NCBI RefSeq assembly: GCF_004010195.1
Contig: NC_057719.1
Coordinates: 63,760,602-63,824,601 of the forward strand
DNA from: Chiloscyllium plagiosum
Taxonomy: Eukaryota
Direction of reading: 5' to 3'
DNA length: 64,000 nt
In this document: positions 25,436-37,360 of the stretch, piece after piece
Position numbering within the stretch: the stretch's first letter is position 1
Layout: each line of letters begins with the position of its first letter
Notes under the pieces: generated by a model
Told to the model about the DNA's origin: nothing
Seen by the model: only the letters and a program-made list of their open reading frames with translations
The model's database searches: none
Program-made: the position numbers and the translations under genes

Positions 25436-27496
25436 AAGTAATCTGTGAGATTTATATATATACTTTTAATATTGGTTCCTGTGAGTTTAGATTTCTGGTT
25501 TTGAGTTAGTAACTAGTAGGATTTTTTCCTTGGGGATCTGAAGATATTAATTAACTTACAAGTATGGTAATAGTTTTTCAAGAACAGTCGTTGAAGCTTG
25601 GCTGTCAAGTGAATGGATTTATGCATTAATGGACTTCTGTTTGTTTGAGAATGATTACAAGCCAGCTTGGTAAACATTGGGGTCTCAAAGGTTTATTAAT
25701 GTGTTCTAGAATTTTTGTTTAAACATAAGGGAAGTACCTATAACTGATAGATTTTTGGTTGCATTTTTCACTTTGAGGGGGTTAGTTCTATGAAGACCTG
25801 GTGTGAGTGTTATTCAAGAGATATTTTGATTACTGTACAATTTGTGGAGTTTTGGATTCTATACAAATGCTGTTTTCTTTTTTTTCCATTTATAAAGGAT
25901 TGTTTTGGGATTAATGAGATTATGCTTTTACTGGAGTTTAAAGTCTTTGAAGTTGTGTTATAAATAGGTAGTCTGGATTATCGCATTTTGTCTTCATTCC
26001 TTTTGTAATAAACTTTAGTTTTATTATTAAATCAAAATCTGCAGCATTGTATGCTTATGTTCGGCGAGAGACCACTTTGTCAAATCCAAAACAAACAAAA
26101 TTATAATCTATCAAATTCCTGTCCTGTAATAATGTCATAATTATCTTACCAAAATTTGGGAGAATAATCCTGAATTTCTTCAATCTATGTCATGAGATCT
26201 TTTAGATCCACCTAAATGGAATGTTAGGATTCTGACTTTACATCTCATTAAGAACATCAGATCTTGAGTTTCTGGTCTGTAAGATTGATTAGAACAAGGA
26301 ACAGTGTATTTACCTACTGAGTTCCCCCAAATCAAACTGCGAAAGATGGACTTTATAGCTAAATGAGAACAAAAAAGAAAGGCAACTTTCCTCCTGAGTA
26401 TGTTCAATATATTTAACTTCAGTATTTCAACATCTCAGGACATCAAACGCAATTCCCGTTAATTCGTTGTCAGCAATCATGACTGACAGTTTATTCACAG
26501 CAAGATAGCACACATTTTTTGGCTATGGTTTTGATTCACCCTCTTCTGAAAGATAGTTCCTTCAACAATATAGTGTGCCAGATGGATTACATGCTCAGGT
26601 CTGTAATGAATCTTGAATCAGAACTTTCAGATTCAAGACAAAAATACAATTAATGTTCCAAACTATGGCACATGATTGATAATTGACCAAAAGTAAGTAA
26701 TTCTGTCCTTCAAGCTTGCTCTACCATTTAATATGATCACAACTGATCTCTCACTGGCCTCAACTCCACTTTCCTGCCTGCTCTCCAAAAACCTCTAACC
26801 CATTTCTAATTAAAAGTCTGTCTATCTCCTCCTCAAAATTATTCAGTGACCTGACATCTAATGTAATCCGGTGTAACGAGTTTCACAGATTCACGACCTT
26901 TTAAGAGAAGTAATTTCTCCTCATCGCCGACATTTGCAACATGCATGGGTTTTTTCTTTTCGGTATCTAGCTCAGATTTCCAAGCTTGTTTATAATTTCC
27001 AACTGCAGCCTTGACTGAGACAGATAAACTAGTACAAGCCAGTCATTCAAGGCTTTCCTGGTTTATGTCACATACTCATACAATTGCAAGTAGCTCCAGT
27101 GGAGACACCTCCAAATTTTTCTTGATATGACATTGGAATTTGGCCTCATTAATATAATCAAATATAATAAATAATTAGCTTACTGTAACACTTTTTTTTT
27201 AGCCAAAAGTGTTGTTTATTTTTCACAATTTCTGCCTTTTCCAATCACCTCAAAGCCAAGCCAACAAAAAGCAAATTTCACTATTTGGGATTGTTTGTTT
27301 TTGAAAGTTGCAATCGATGCGCTCCTTTATTTTTTGAGAACCGAAAATCTGTATTGAACAATTGTAACTTATTTAAATGCAGTTTAAATGATGTTTATAA
27401 GTTAGGGGTTCAGGTAGCATTCCGTTACTAGCCTTAATTTATTGATGGACAAACAGCAGAAATGCTGACCCTGTTAATTTTTCTTTCTAAACCCAG

Positions 27497-27634
27497 GCCA
27501 CAGTGCAGTTGACATCAGCAAGGTAGCACGACGACACCGCATGTCTCCATTTCCTTTAACTTCGATGGATAAAGCCTTCATCACCGTGTTGGAGATGACC
27601 CCAGTTCTTGGCACTGAAATAATCAACTATCGAG
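27497..27634 (+). CDS. GPHN: Gephyrin coding exon (138 nt), linker/E-domain boundary
   Basis: Acceptor ttttctttctaaacccAG, donor cgag|GTagga. Translates (phase 1) as (S)[45 protein letters not shown](D), matching vertebrate gephyrin including the [10 protein letters not shown] motif. Confidence 0.98.
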
Positions 27635-30064
27635 GTAGGATTGAGAATTGAAGATTGCAGTTTGTCTTTAAGATTTATAAGTGGCTTCACTATTGAGCAT
27701 TTATCTAAGGTTAAATTCGTACCATAATATCTTGAGGCCAGATGGAAGTAAATTAATCAAATTGGTTTTATTGCATTTTTTTCAAAATCCAGAAATGGTG
27801 ACCAAGTGCTTGTTGATGTGCATAACACAAATGCAAATCATTGTTTATAATGGTTGGACTTCTGCCTTCCTTTTGATTTTTTGTGGATGCTTGCTTTAGA
27901 GTTCAGTCTTCTTATTATGAAGTTTTAGTGCAACAGAATTTTAATATGTAACGAGCTATGCTTCTACTCAGACATATCACTGGCAAGTGCAATACTCAAA
28001 CTTTTGCACTGCTTCCCAGATTCAATGGATCTTAATAATGAAGAACAGCTGTTAGGATAGTCAACTCTGTTTAGCCCTTAAAGGTTAAAGAACAGTCTGG
28101 TATCTAGATAAAATTCACACAAGTAAGAGAACCTGTAAGAGGCCATTTTAGCCCACATTTTTCCAGTATTGTTATATCCTTGGAGCATCCTTTTGTTTCT
28201 GATGGAACATCAATGCACTTTTTGCAGTAAGACTAAAGAGCAGACCTACCAGTAAAATGTTACTCATCCATTAATCTAACCTTATCACAAGACAGCTGTA
28301 ATGAATGGTGGGCATAATTCACCAGCCTTATTGTTTCAGTTGCAGGCTTAGTCAAGAAATCTTATCCTGCAACACTTCAAAAGAAACAAGGTTACGAGAA
28401 GCAAAGTTTATTGATTGACCTTCTATAGCAGTTTTGTATTTGAGGAAATAGTACCCTTTGCATTCTAGAATTTACATTCCTTCAGTATAAGTAATGGACA
28501 TTGCAAATGCTTACAGTATCAGTTAAAATCCAGTGCACCCTAAGAAAGATCTGTTTACCGATTGTCATTAGGTAGTAAAAAACTTGAATACTGCGTTTTA
28601 TCTTGTATTTATGAGGACAATACACAAGCCTGACCAATGCGAATGAAAAACAACATTTATACCATGTGAGAGGAGAAAGTTGATTAGTTGGCAAGTGGAC
28701 TCTGGTTGAGACATCGTCATGATAATGTAGTAGTCTGAGGATGACTGGTAGTTAACTACCAAACTTTGGTTCAATCTTAAACCAGGCAGGTTGACACTAA
28801 TTAGTTAAGGCAATGTCCTGAGAAATGAACCAAAGCATGGCTGCAATTATTTTGTTATCCTGAAACAGTTAAAATATAATTATATTCTACCTTTGATCTC
28901 TCCTGGGCTGTCCTGAGCCGATACATGAACATGTGATGAGAGAGGAAGAGATTGTCGAATGATCTAAACCTGCATTAGACAAATTTCCAGATCTTAAACC
29001 ATTACAGCAATTTCTTCTCTTGCTCGAAGAAAGGTCTTTCCTCTTTGGTCTCTTACTGCCAAAACTTTGAAACTGCGCCTCTAGCTTCTCTGTAGAATCA
29101 TTAAGCAGCATTCAGAAATTAAAGCTGTCAGCATTTTGTTGCTTGGTTGATCCATTCTTCATCAGATTATCGAGGAGCCAGATGTAATAATCACAGTTGG
29201 TGCTGAACAACGAGTGTCAGAATGCACTGTACCTCAATTAAAAAGAAGCTATGTTCTTTGCAGTTTATGTGATGACATAGCAACAAGCCTGTTGCTCCCA
29301 AGGTTGTTGTATAAAGTAATTCAGACAAAAATAAATGAACATTAATATAACAAGGGATTAATAAAACTAGAACTGAGCACTTAACAATAAGTTTGCCCAG
29401 ATGATCTATGATAATGCAGTATGCTGCTCATGGCAGACCTGTGCAATGCTTTGTCTGATCCAAAAACAAATTGCCTCCATAACTGCACAAATATCTGGCA
29501 AAGCACGATTAAGTAGTTCCATCAGAATCACAGCTTACAGCCCTAGCATAAAATCTATCATACCATGGCATTTTAAATTTATTTTGTTTTCTTTAAACAG
29601 ACCCAGTTTGGCTTTAGGTTAGAACAGATTTTGACAGGGGGTCCTGGACTTGTTACAGTACAGGAAGAGAAGAATGTGCAGTCCTATCAGCAAGAACATT
29701 TCTTGTTTACACTGAGCGCACAACCTACTGAGGAACTAGATGTTCCTACAGCTTTTGTGAATGACGCATATCACTGGGGTAGTACACCCAGCATGTTGTT
29801 CATCGTCTTTTCAAAATCATAACTTTGTATTAATGCAGTGAGAAGCCTTTTCAGTTTTGTTGCGCTTTGTTTAAAAATAAATGTTCGGTTGAATGCTTTG
29901 GTTTGTAGCCTATTGATGAAAGTTACATTTTCAGTCATTTACAAGTCTAATTCATAGTTGCACCATTTTTAAAGTGCATTGAAGCATTCAGATTCTAATC
30001 ATAAGCTTGTGTAACACAACATTAAATCTTTTGTGCATAGCTCACACATTTACTATCATATTCC

Positions 30065-30580
30065 ATGTATTATTCTTTGGGCAGTAGACTGGGATACAGT
30101 CTATCTGGACCTGGGGATTTGTCCATTTTTATGTCTGCCAAAACCTCCAATAAGTCCTCACTCCCTATGTTAAACTGCTCAAGAGCTGCACAGACCCTCT
30201 TCTTGAATTCTGTATCAACATGCTCCTCCTCCAAAGTGAAGACAGATGTGAAGTCCCTGGTTAACACTTTACTAATATCCTCTGGTTCTGTACATAGAAT
30301 TCCCCTGGGTCCCTAATGGGCCCTATTCTTTCCCAGGTTAACCTCTACCCCTTGAAATAGTTGTAGAATACCTTGGGATTCTCACTAACCTTGTCTCTTC
30401 TTTGTCTTCTCATTGCTTTCTTAAGTCTATGCACTTTCAGTACTCCATTGCGTCCTCCATTGATTTGCTTTCTTTATTCTGTTAAAAACTCTCTCTTCAT
30501 TTTTATTCAGTCTTGAATATTGCAAAAGTTCCAATGTTGTCTTGGCTTGTTGCTCCCATATTTCACCCTAATGGGAACAC
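30065..30580 (-). mobile_element. CR1 LINE internal fragment (linker/pre-RT region)
   Basis: ORF 30070..30267: FTSVFTLEE...LEVLADIKMDKSPGPDRLYP.LL.E. Confidence 0.85.
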
Positions 30581-30591
30581 ATAAGACTCAT

Positions 30592-31355
30592 TAGACCAGG
30601 TTATAATCCAACAGGTTTATTCAAAATTACAAGCTTTCTGAGCACTTCTCCATCACGTTATGTAGTGCACAGTCACAGAATTTATAGGTGAAAAGATCAT
30701 TGCAAGATAATTCTAGGTAATTAACAGTGTCAAAAGATAATACAAATGATGTGAGTGAAATGTTGACAAGCTAAATAACAAGTCTTTGCAGATGATCAAG
30801 ACTGTCAAATGGTGTGAGTAAAGTGTGAACAGCTGAACAGAAAGTAAAGGGATAACCTATGATCTGATTAATTAAGGTAAAGAGATAATTATAAAAAATC
30901 AAAAATAACATGGTGCTAGAGACAAACCAAATAGCTGGAATAACATGATAGATATAAGAGTCACATGACGAAGGTCTATCTAAAGCTGCAAGTAATCCAA
31001 AATGTACAAACAAATTAAGGTAGAAAAATCATAAGTTATGAAGGTGATGATGTCAAAACAGATCAGGAAGGAACATTTTACAAACAGAACAGTATGGTGT
31101 GGTTACATGTAGTGCAACATGAATCCAAGGTCACGGTTGAGGCTGCAACAATCACCATACAAGAGTGTTCCCTCCCATCAGGAAACAGTTCAGCAGTCAA
31201 GCACATTCAGCCTCCGATCTTCAGGTAAGCATACTCCAAGACGGCCTTCAGGATACACAACAATGCAGAATTGCCAAGCAGAAACTGATAGCCAAGTTCC
31301 ATACCCATGATGACAGCTTCAACCATGATCTTGGATTCATGTCACTCTACATGTC
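30592..31355. mobile_element. Penelope-like element remnant: GIY-YIG C-terminus (+) joined to an inverted copy and pLTR (-)
   Basis: ORF 31165..31386 FSSQAHSASDLQVSILQDGL.DTQQ.RIA.QKLIAKFHTH.D..N.DLGFMS.Y is a PLE endonuclease tail; 31100-31146 is the reverse complement of the same tail. Confidence 0.78.
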
Positions 31356-32429
31356 AAAAGATGAAAGTCTTGGGAAAGGTCTTTGACACAGCAACTGGAA
31401 GCTTTGGACAAAGCTTAATGGAGCTAAAATTCTGAACAAGAAACATTGGAACTGTGACAATGCATTATGCTGTAAGTCTTTATCAAAATCCTCAGTTCAA
31501 AATTTTGGATCCTTTATCTCCACTTTCCCTCCAGTGTGGCGACGTAGAGGAAAGCAAAGCCTTTGCTCGTCAGGTTACGAGACAAACTTGATACCTTATA
31601 TTCACTAGACAAACTGCGTCTTCGGAATAATCTGATTCAGATATTTATTAAAAGTGTCAACAGCTTGCAAATAGAGTGTTTGGTGTCACGGAACTGGAAA
31701 GAACTCTGACACACTCGTATTAACCAAGAAAACATATAGTTTTACTTTGCTTAGGAGATGAGTAACCTTTGCATTCCCTATTCTAATGCTTTGTATTTTT
31801 TCCCATATTTGAATGAGTATTGGTACTTCAGCAAGATTAAGTATAATTCTTTTGGTGCGCAAGTTATCTAAGTAATTCTACATATAGTCCTTGTGGCTTT
31901 TTTTCATTAGAATGATTTTTTTTACTTCTCATTGGGATATACAAGAAATACATTCTTTTAGAATTATCCACTTTTTTTGTATTGCATCCAGCTCCACTTC
32001 CCACATAACTGGCCCAAAACCTGACTGAAGATCCAAGTCCACCTTCAATCTATCCCCTGCCAGATTTAACAGAGGTGGGAAGGTGTGCCAACAACTAAAC
32101 CATTCCCTGGTTTGTACTTTGAATTTGCAATGAGGTTATGCCCATATCTCCCCAGCAGTAGAAGTTTAAGTGCTTTACTTTCTTCACCCTCAAATGTCAC
32201 TCCATCCCATGCTACCCTGTCTCAATCCATACTATTGTAATTTCCACTTACACCTTCAGGGTTTTTGCATCATTATGTCACTCTCTCAATGCAGTTACTA
32301 CCCAACCTGTATCCCAGAGTATCAAACCTCCCAGCTTTCCTAGAAGTCTCCCTCAGTGGAAAATTGATCTCCTGAAGCTGCTGCTGCTGAAATATGAAAG
32401 GGTAGTGTCAATTGAATGTTGAAAAACAT

Positions 32430-32900
32430 AAGCAAATGATTGAACCCAAGTCTTAAGGAAGACATGTTCAAACCTTGGGCCACTCTAATCAGACCACACC
32501 ATGGGTACAGTATACTGCTCTGGTCATCAAGCCACAAGGGAGATACAGAAGCATTGGAGGAAGTACAAAGAGCCCAAAGGCTGAATCCTTGCATCAAGGG
32601 CCTACATATAAGAAAAAAACTGGGGGAAGAAGTTATCAGAGAGGTGTTTTTACAGAGATTAAAAGGAATTAAAGAGATGAATATGGAAAATTATTTTAAA
32701 CTTAAATTAAAAATAAAGGGACATAGTTTCAAACCAGATACATGCATATTTAGAAATGATGTTGAGGAATTCTCCTTGACCAAGGTCTGAAATAAACATG
32801 TAAGAGTTGTAGAGATGAAAGCCTGGAATCTTTTAAGAAACGATTGAATGATAGCTTGGAAAAACGTTAGTGATATTTCTGAGTCAATGAATTAAGAAGG
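32430..32900 (+). mobile_element. Degraded CR1 LINE 3' region
   Basis: ORF 32440..32790: LIRPH..Y....WS..HKGD.EALEEVQR...KGHSFK (CR1 C-terminal motifs). Confidence 0.75.
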
Positions 32901-33489
32901 CACATCCATTACAAGCTTGTGATATGCTGAAGGGTGCAACCCATAAAATTGGCTGAAGTCATAAAAGTACATCATATCATTGTAGACAGATGAGTCTCCT
33001 GAAGGGAGAGCTGCCAGTTGAATTTTATTATCCTCACCCTTGCATCCGTTTTAAACTTCTTCACTAAGCACCTTGGGTATGTTTTAAAAAGTATTCACTT
33101 TCAGGGGTCTCTGGCACAGCTAGCACCTATTGCATATCCCTAGATTTCCTTAAGAAGGTAGTAATGAGCAGTGTTCATGAGACAGCCCTCTCATTTGACA
33201 AAAATGATTCCAAAGTGGGGTGGGGTAGAACAGTCTAGAATTTTGATTTAACAGGAATGAGAGAATGGCAATTTATGTCGAAGGTGGGTAGTATAGAATC
33301 TGGAGGAGAACTTCCTGCTGCTAGTGTTCCTATGATCCTGCTGCCTTGGACATTCGAGATCATGGAGCTTGAGGGTTTGGAAGGTACTGCTGAAGAAACC
33401 TAGGCAAGTTGCTGCAGTATATCTTGTTGCTAATACACACTGGCAGCCAGAGTGAACCCCTTTTCCTTTGTTATAGCTGCCCTTTTAGT

Positions 33490-33808
33490 GGGCAGCATGG
33501 TGGCACAGTGGTTAGCACTGCTGCCTCACAGCACCAGAGACCCGGGTTGAATTGCCGCCTCAGGCGACTGACTGTGTGGAGTTTGCACATTCTCCCCTTG
33601 TCTGCGTGTGGTTTCCTCCGGGTGCTCCAGTTTCCTCCCACAGTCCAAAAATGTGCAGGTTAGGTGAATTGGCCAGGCTAAATTGCCCATAATGTTAGGT
33701 GAAGGGGTAAATGTAGGGGAATGGGTTTGGGTGGTTGCACTTTGGCAGGTTGGTGTGGACTTGTTGGGGCAAAGGGCCTGTTTTCACACTAAGTAATCTA
33801 ATCTAATC
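33490..33808 (+). mobile_element. Full-length HE1-type V-SINE
   Basis: ggcagcatggtggcacagtggttagcactgctgcctcacag (A box), gggttgaattgcc (B box), V-core gtgtggagtttgcacattctcccc..ggtgctccagtttcctcccaca, tail aatctaatctaatc. Confidence 0.93.
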
Positions 33809-34064
33809 CTATTTTTGCCATTTACTCCAGCTTGAATACTCAAAGAAAATTAATGAAAGATTACAATTGCTGAATTTGAAATATTAATGAAGGAAGTAAA
33901 TTGATTTGGACGAGATCTGAGTTCATGATCCTAAAAGCAAAGAGTTATTATGTTGCTCTAAATATGAGACAACTGCATTATGGATTTAATCCAACATTTG
34001 TTGGAGAACATAGGTTAGGCTCTACTCTGTTGTGGTGAGAGTATGAAATGATGTCAGTCATATT

Positions 34065-34420
34065 TTGATTTGATTTGATTTATTATTGTTACATGTCCCT
34101 AAGTACAGTGAGCAGTTTTGTATTGCGTTCAGTACAGGCAGATCATACCATACAAAGTGCATAGGGGTAATAGAACAGAGCGAGGAATACAATGTTACGG
34201 CTGCAGGGAAGATGCACAAAGAGTGAGGTCGACATTAAATTTTAAATTTGAGAAGTCCATTCAGAAGTCTAATAACAGCAGGAAAGGAGCTGTTCTTGAA
34301 TCTGTTGGTACATTCTATGAAACGTTTGTACCTTCTGCCCGATAGAAGAGGTTATAACCAGGGTGGGAGAGGTCTTTGATTATGTTGACTGCCTTTCTGA
34401 GTCAATGGATGGAAGATTGG
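34065..34420 (-). mobile_element. Rex1/Babar-type LINE 3' end fragment
   Basis: (tttga)n tail followed by sequence homologous to the 3' ends at 59075-59350 and 63195-63560. Confidence 0.65.
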
Positions 34421-36050
34421 CATCTGGTGCTCTGTCATGGGAGAAAGTTTAAGAAGAAAGTTGCAATTGAATAACACTTGACCAGTAGGAAAATGGAAGA
34501 GTTAGATTGAAACTTTGTTTTTCAAGGCATTTAAGGGTTATACCTCACTACTTCATTGTTCACTACTCAATTCAAATAATTATATTCTACAACAAGCCCT
34601 GTTAATTTCAGAAGCTTTTACGCTAGTTATGTATGCTGCTGTACAGAGTACATTAATCATTTTACCAATCACTGACTTACTGTTTTTGAGTGCTAGCTGG
34701 CCCATGAAGATTGGCAATAATTCATCCTTTAGTAATTAATGGATTCTAATGAGGTGACCTATGAGTCTGTGTATTTCTACTCTGTTATGAAGATGGAAAA
34801 TAGATGTTTTATTATTCAGATCTCACACGGATTCTTGAGATTTCTGGGGGCTTTGCTCCAATTTGACATCTAAATTGTCTTCAAAATTGGGAGGTGGAAA
34901 AATGTTTAGCTTTGACAACAGGAAAAATCATTATGCTTTGATAACATTGAGGTTCTGCTGAGATGTTTGCCTGAAAAGCTATGTTAACGGGTTGTACTGC
35001 AGTGATTTGTTTTAAACATTGACCACATATTAGCATATGAATCTCAAAGATTAACAACAGTTTTAATACCACTGTAGAATTAATGTAATATTTATTAATA
35101 TGATGAATATTTTTTGGAGAATTATTTTTGTAACATGTATCTTACAAGGTGAAGAAGTCATTTCTTAATCTTATGAAATATAAACTAGTGCCTAATAAGA
35201 TTTACCATCACCTTTTCAGTTAAGCCAATGCACTGTATATTTATAAATGTTCATTAAAAAAATCAAAGAAATGAAAATCTAAAGCTTGCTAGCTACAGTT
35301 CAGGTTTAAGTTTAAACTCATTGTCTTTCAGAGAGTGATTGGTAGGTTTCATGGCCTGGATATTCTGAGCTGGTATTCACCATCAGATTGCCACTCGCTC
35401 CTATTGTTCTTTCTGTTAGCTCTCAGCTCCATCAGAATTCCAATTCTAACTCCTTCAGAAATGTGAAGAGTTTTCAAAATCAAACTGCTCCTCTATAGTA
35501 CAGAACAGTCAAACCATGCCTCCTTTTATTGTCAGTGTGCTGTGTTCTGAGATTTAAATGCCCGCTTTGACAGCTGTTGTAAAAGGGTAAGGATGTACAA
35601 GGTATGGATTGAGGGTGCCAAGTGGGTAGAATAGCAGGGAAGTGATAGATTACTTCAGGTAGGTTGTCGGGGGTAGTGGGTTTGTGCTGCAGCGGGAGAG
35701 GGGTTGTCGGGACTATCAGGGGAATCGGACTTAATGTTTTGGGTCTTCAGGAGTTCAGGCCAGTGGCGACTGGTGGGGGAATTAGGCTGGCAGCATCTAG
35801 GAGTGGTGGGTGGGCTGGAATCATGCTGGGTTGGGGAGGGGTGGGGGATGTAGGTATAAAAGGTTAGGCAAAATGCAATTGTGAGGGCCTATGTGCTATG
35901 TTCGGGGTCAACTGAATAGTTGTCCAGGAGTTATAAAGTTAAATGATGTAAAATCTAGTCTGAGGTAAATATTAATTGAAGTGGAACTCTCCAAATTCTC
36001 TACCTTTTGAGGGCTTCTTTCAAAGGGTTCCCAGTGCAGGGGAATTGCCT

Positions 36051-36345
36051 ATTAGATTAGATTCCCTACAGTGTGGAAACAGCCCCTTCGGCCCAACCAG
36101 TCCACACCGACTCTCAGAAGAGTAACCCACCCAGACCCATTTCCCTCTGACTAATGCACCTAACACTATGGGCAATTTAGCATAGCCAATTCACCTGACC
36201 ACATCTTTGGACTCTGGGAGGAAACCCACGCAGACACAGGAAGGATGTGCAAACTCCACACAGACAGTCACCCGAGGCTGGAATCGAACCTGGGACCCTG
36301 ATGCTGTGAGGCGGCAGTGCTAACCACTAAGCCACCATGCTGTCC
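36051..36345 (-). mobile_element. HE1-type V-SINE
   Basis: attagattagattccctacagtgtggaaacag...gaatcgaacctggg...gtgctaaccactaagccaccatgc; cctatt occurs at both flanks. Confidence 0.92.
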
Positions 36346-36649
36346 TATTGGAATCTTAAATTTCTGTAGCATTTCCCACAAAGTCTGCTGCTTCTGAGGT
36401 TTTGCAAGCAATGACTATCTGACTGTCAGAATATTTGGACCCATGCTATTGAATCCAGTGCCATTTGTAATAACATTACGAACTCTCATTTCCATAGGAC
36501 TCTACTGCAGAAGAGTTCGACCGAAGGGTCTGTTTCCGTGCTGTATGGCTCTATGTGCTGATATTCTCAGAAATCAACTGTTACATGATAAAGTCAATGC
36601 ATAATTGATTAAATTGAAGCCTAAACTCAAACTTTAGGAACTTAGCAAT

Positions 36650-37360
36650 GAACACAGTCTGCCAATTTCTCAGCAACAAACCCAAACAAGCAGACAAAAC
36701 ACATCCAGAAACCCTAGCCACGCTCCCCTATATCAAAGATATTTTGGAAATGACTGCCAGACTACTCAGACCCCTTGGCATCAGGATAGCCCACAAACCC
36801 ACCAACCCACACTAAACCAGCAGCTAATGAACTTGAAAGACTGATACAGACCACAAGCAAAACTAATGTCATTTACATAGACCGTGCAAGAACTATAACA
36901 AACACTACATTGGACAGGCAGAAAACTAGCCACAAGGATACATGAACATCAATTAGCCACAAAATGACATGACCCTCTCTTACTAGTATCCTTACATACA
37001 GATAAGAAAGGACACCATTTCAACTGGGACAACACATCCATCGTAGGATACGCCAAACAGAGATATGCACGAGAATTCCTAGAAGCATGGCATTCCAACC
37101 GGAGCTCTATCAACAAACACATTGAGTTAGACTCCATCTACCATCCCCTGAGAGAAAGAACAGGAAATGACATCACCAACCCAAAGGAACCCAAACATAT
37201 AAAAAAGAAAGCAGAACTTATCAGCAGTGCTTCGTCCGGACGTCCACTGAAGCTGTTACCTAGTAGAGTGACGAAACGTCTGGAAATGAACCGTCCAGCT
37301 CAGCGAGCAAACCTACATCCAGAACCTCAACCTGAGCTACAAATCTTCTCAAACTTCGCT
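36650..37360 (+). mobile_element. Penelope-like element 3' part: GIY-YIG endonuclease (frameshifted) plus pLTR with hammerhead motif
   Basis: Pieced frames give TLPYIKDI.EMTARLLRPLGIRIAHKPT...KTNVIY...C..Y.KHYIGQ..RKLATRIHEHQLA...GHHFNWDNTSIVG.AKQR.AREFLEAWHS; hammerhead-like core at 37243-37284. Confidence 0.88.

Noticed and set aside
25445..26135. Possible second solo LTR (starts tgtgaga, contains aataaa)
   Set aside because: No clear CA end or target-site duplication could be defined.
1..27496. Upstream gephyrin exon (VQSRCSSKENILRA) and C4 cassettes
   Set aside because: Searched by eye and not found; probably upstream of the window. The phase-1 assumption for candidate exons in this interval depends on this.
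29581..29623. 17-nt microexon candidate (aaacAG|acccagtttggctttag|GTtaga)
   Set aside because: Not frame-preserving, ends in a stop, and has no other support; indistinguishable from background pseudo-exons.
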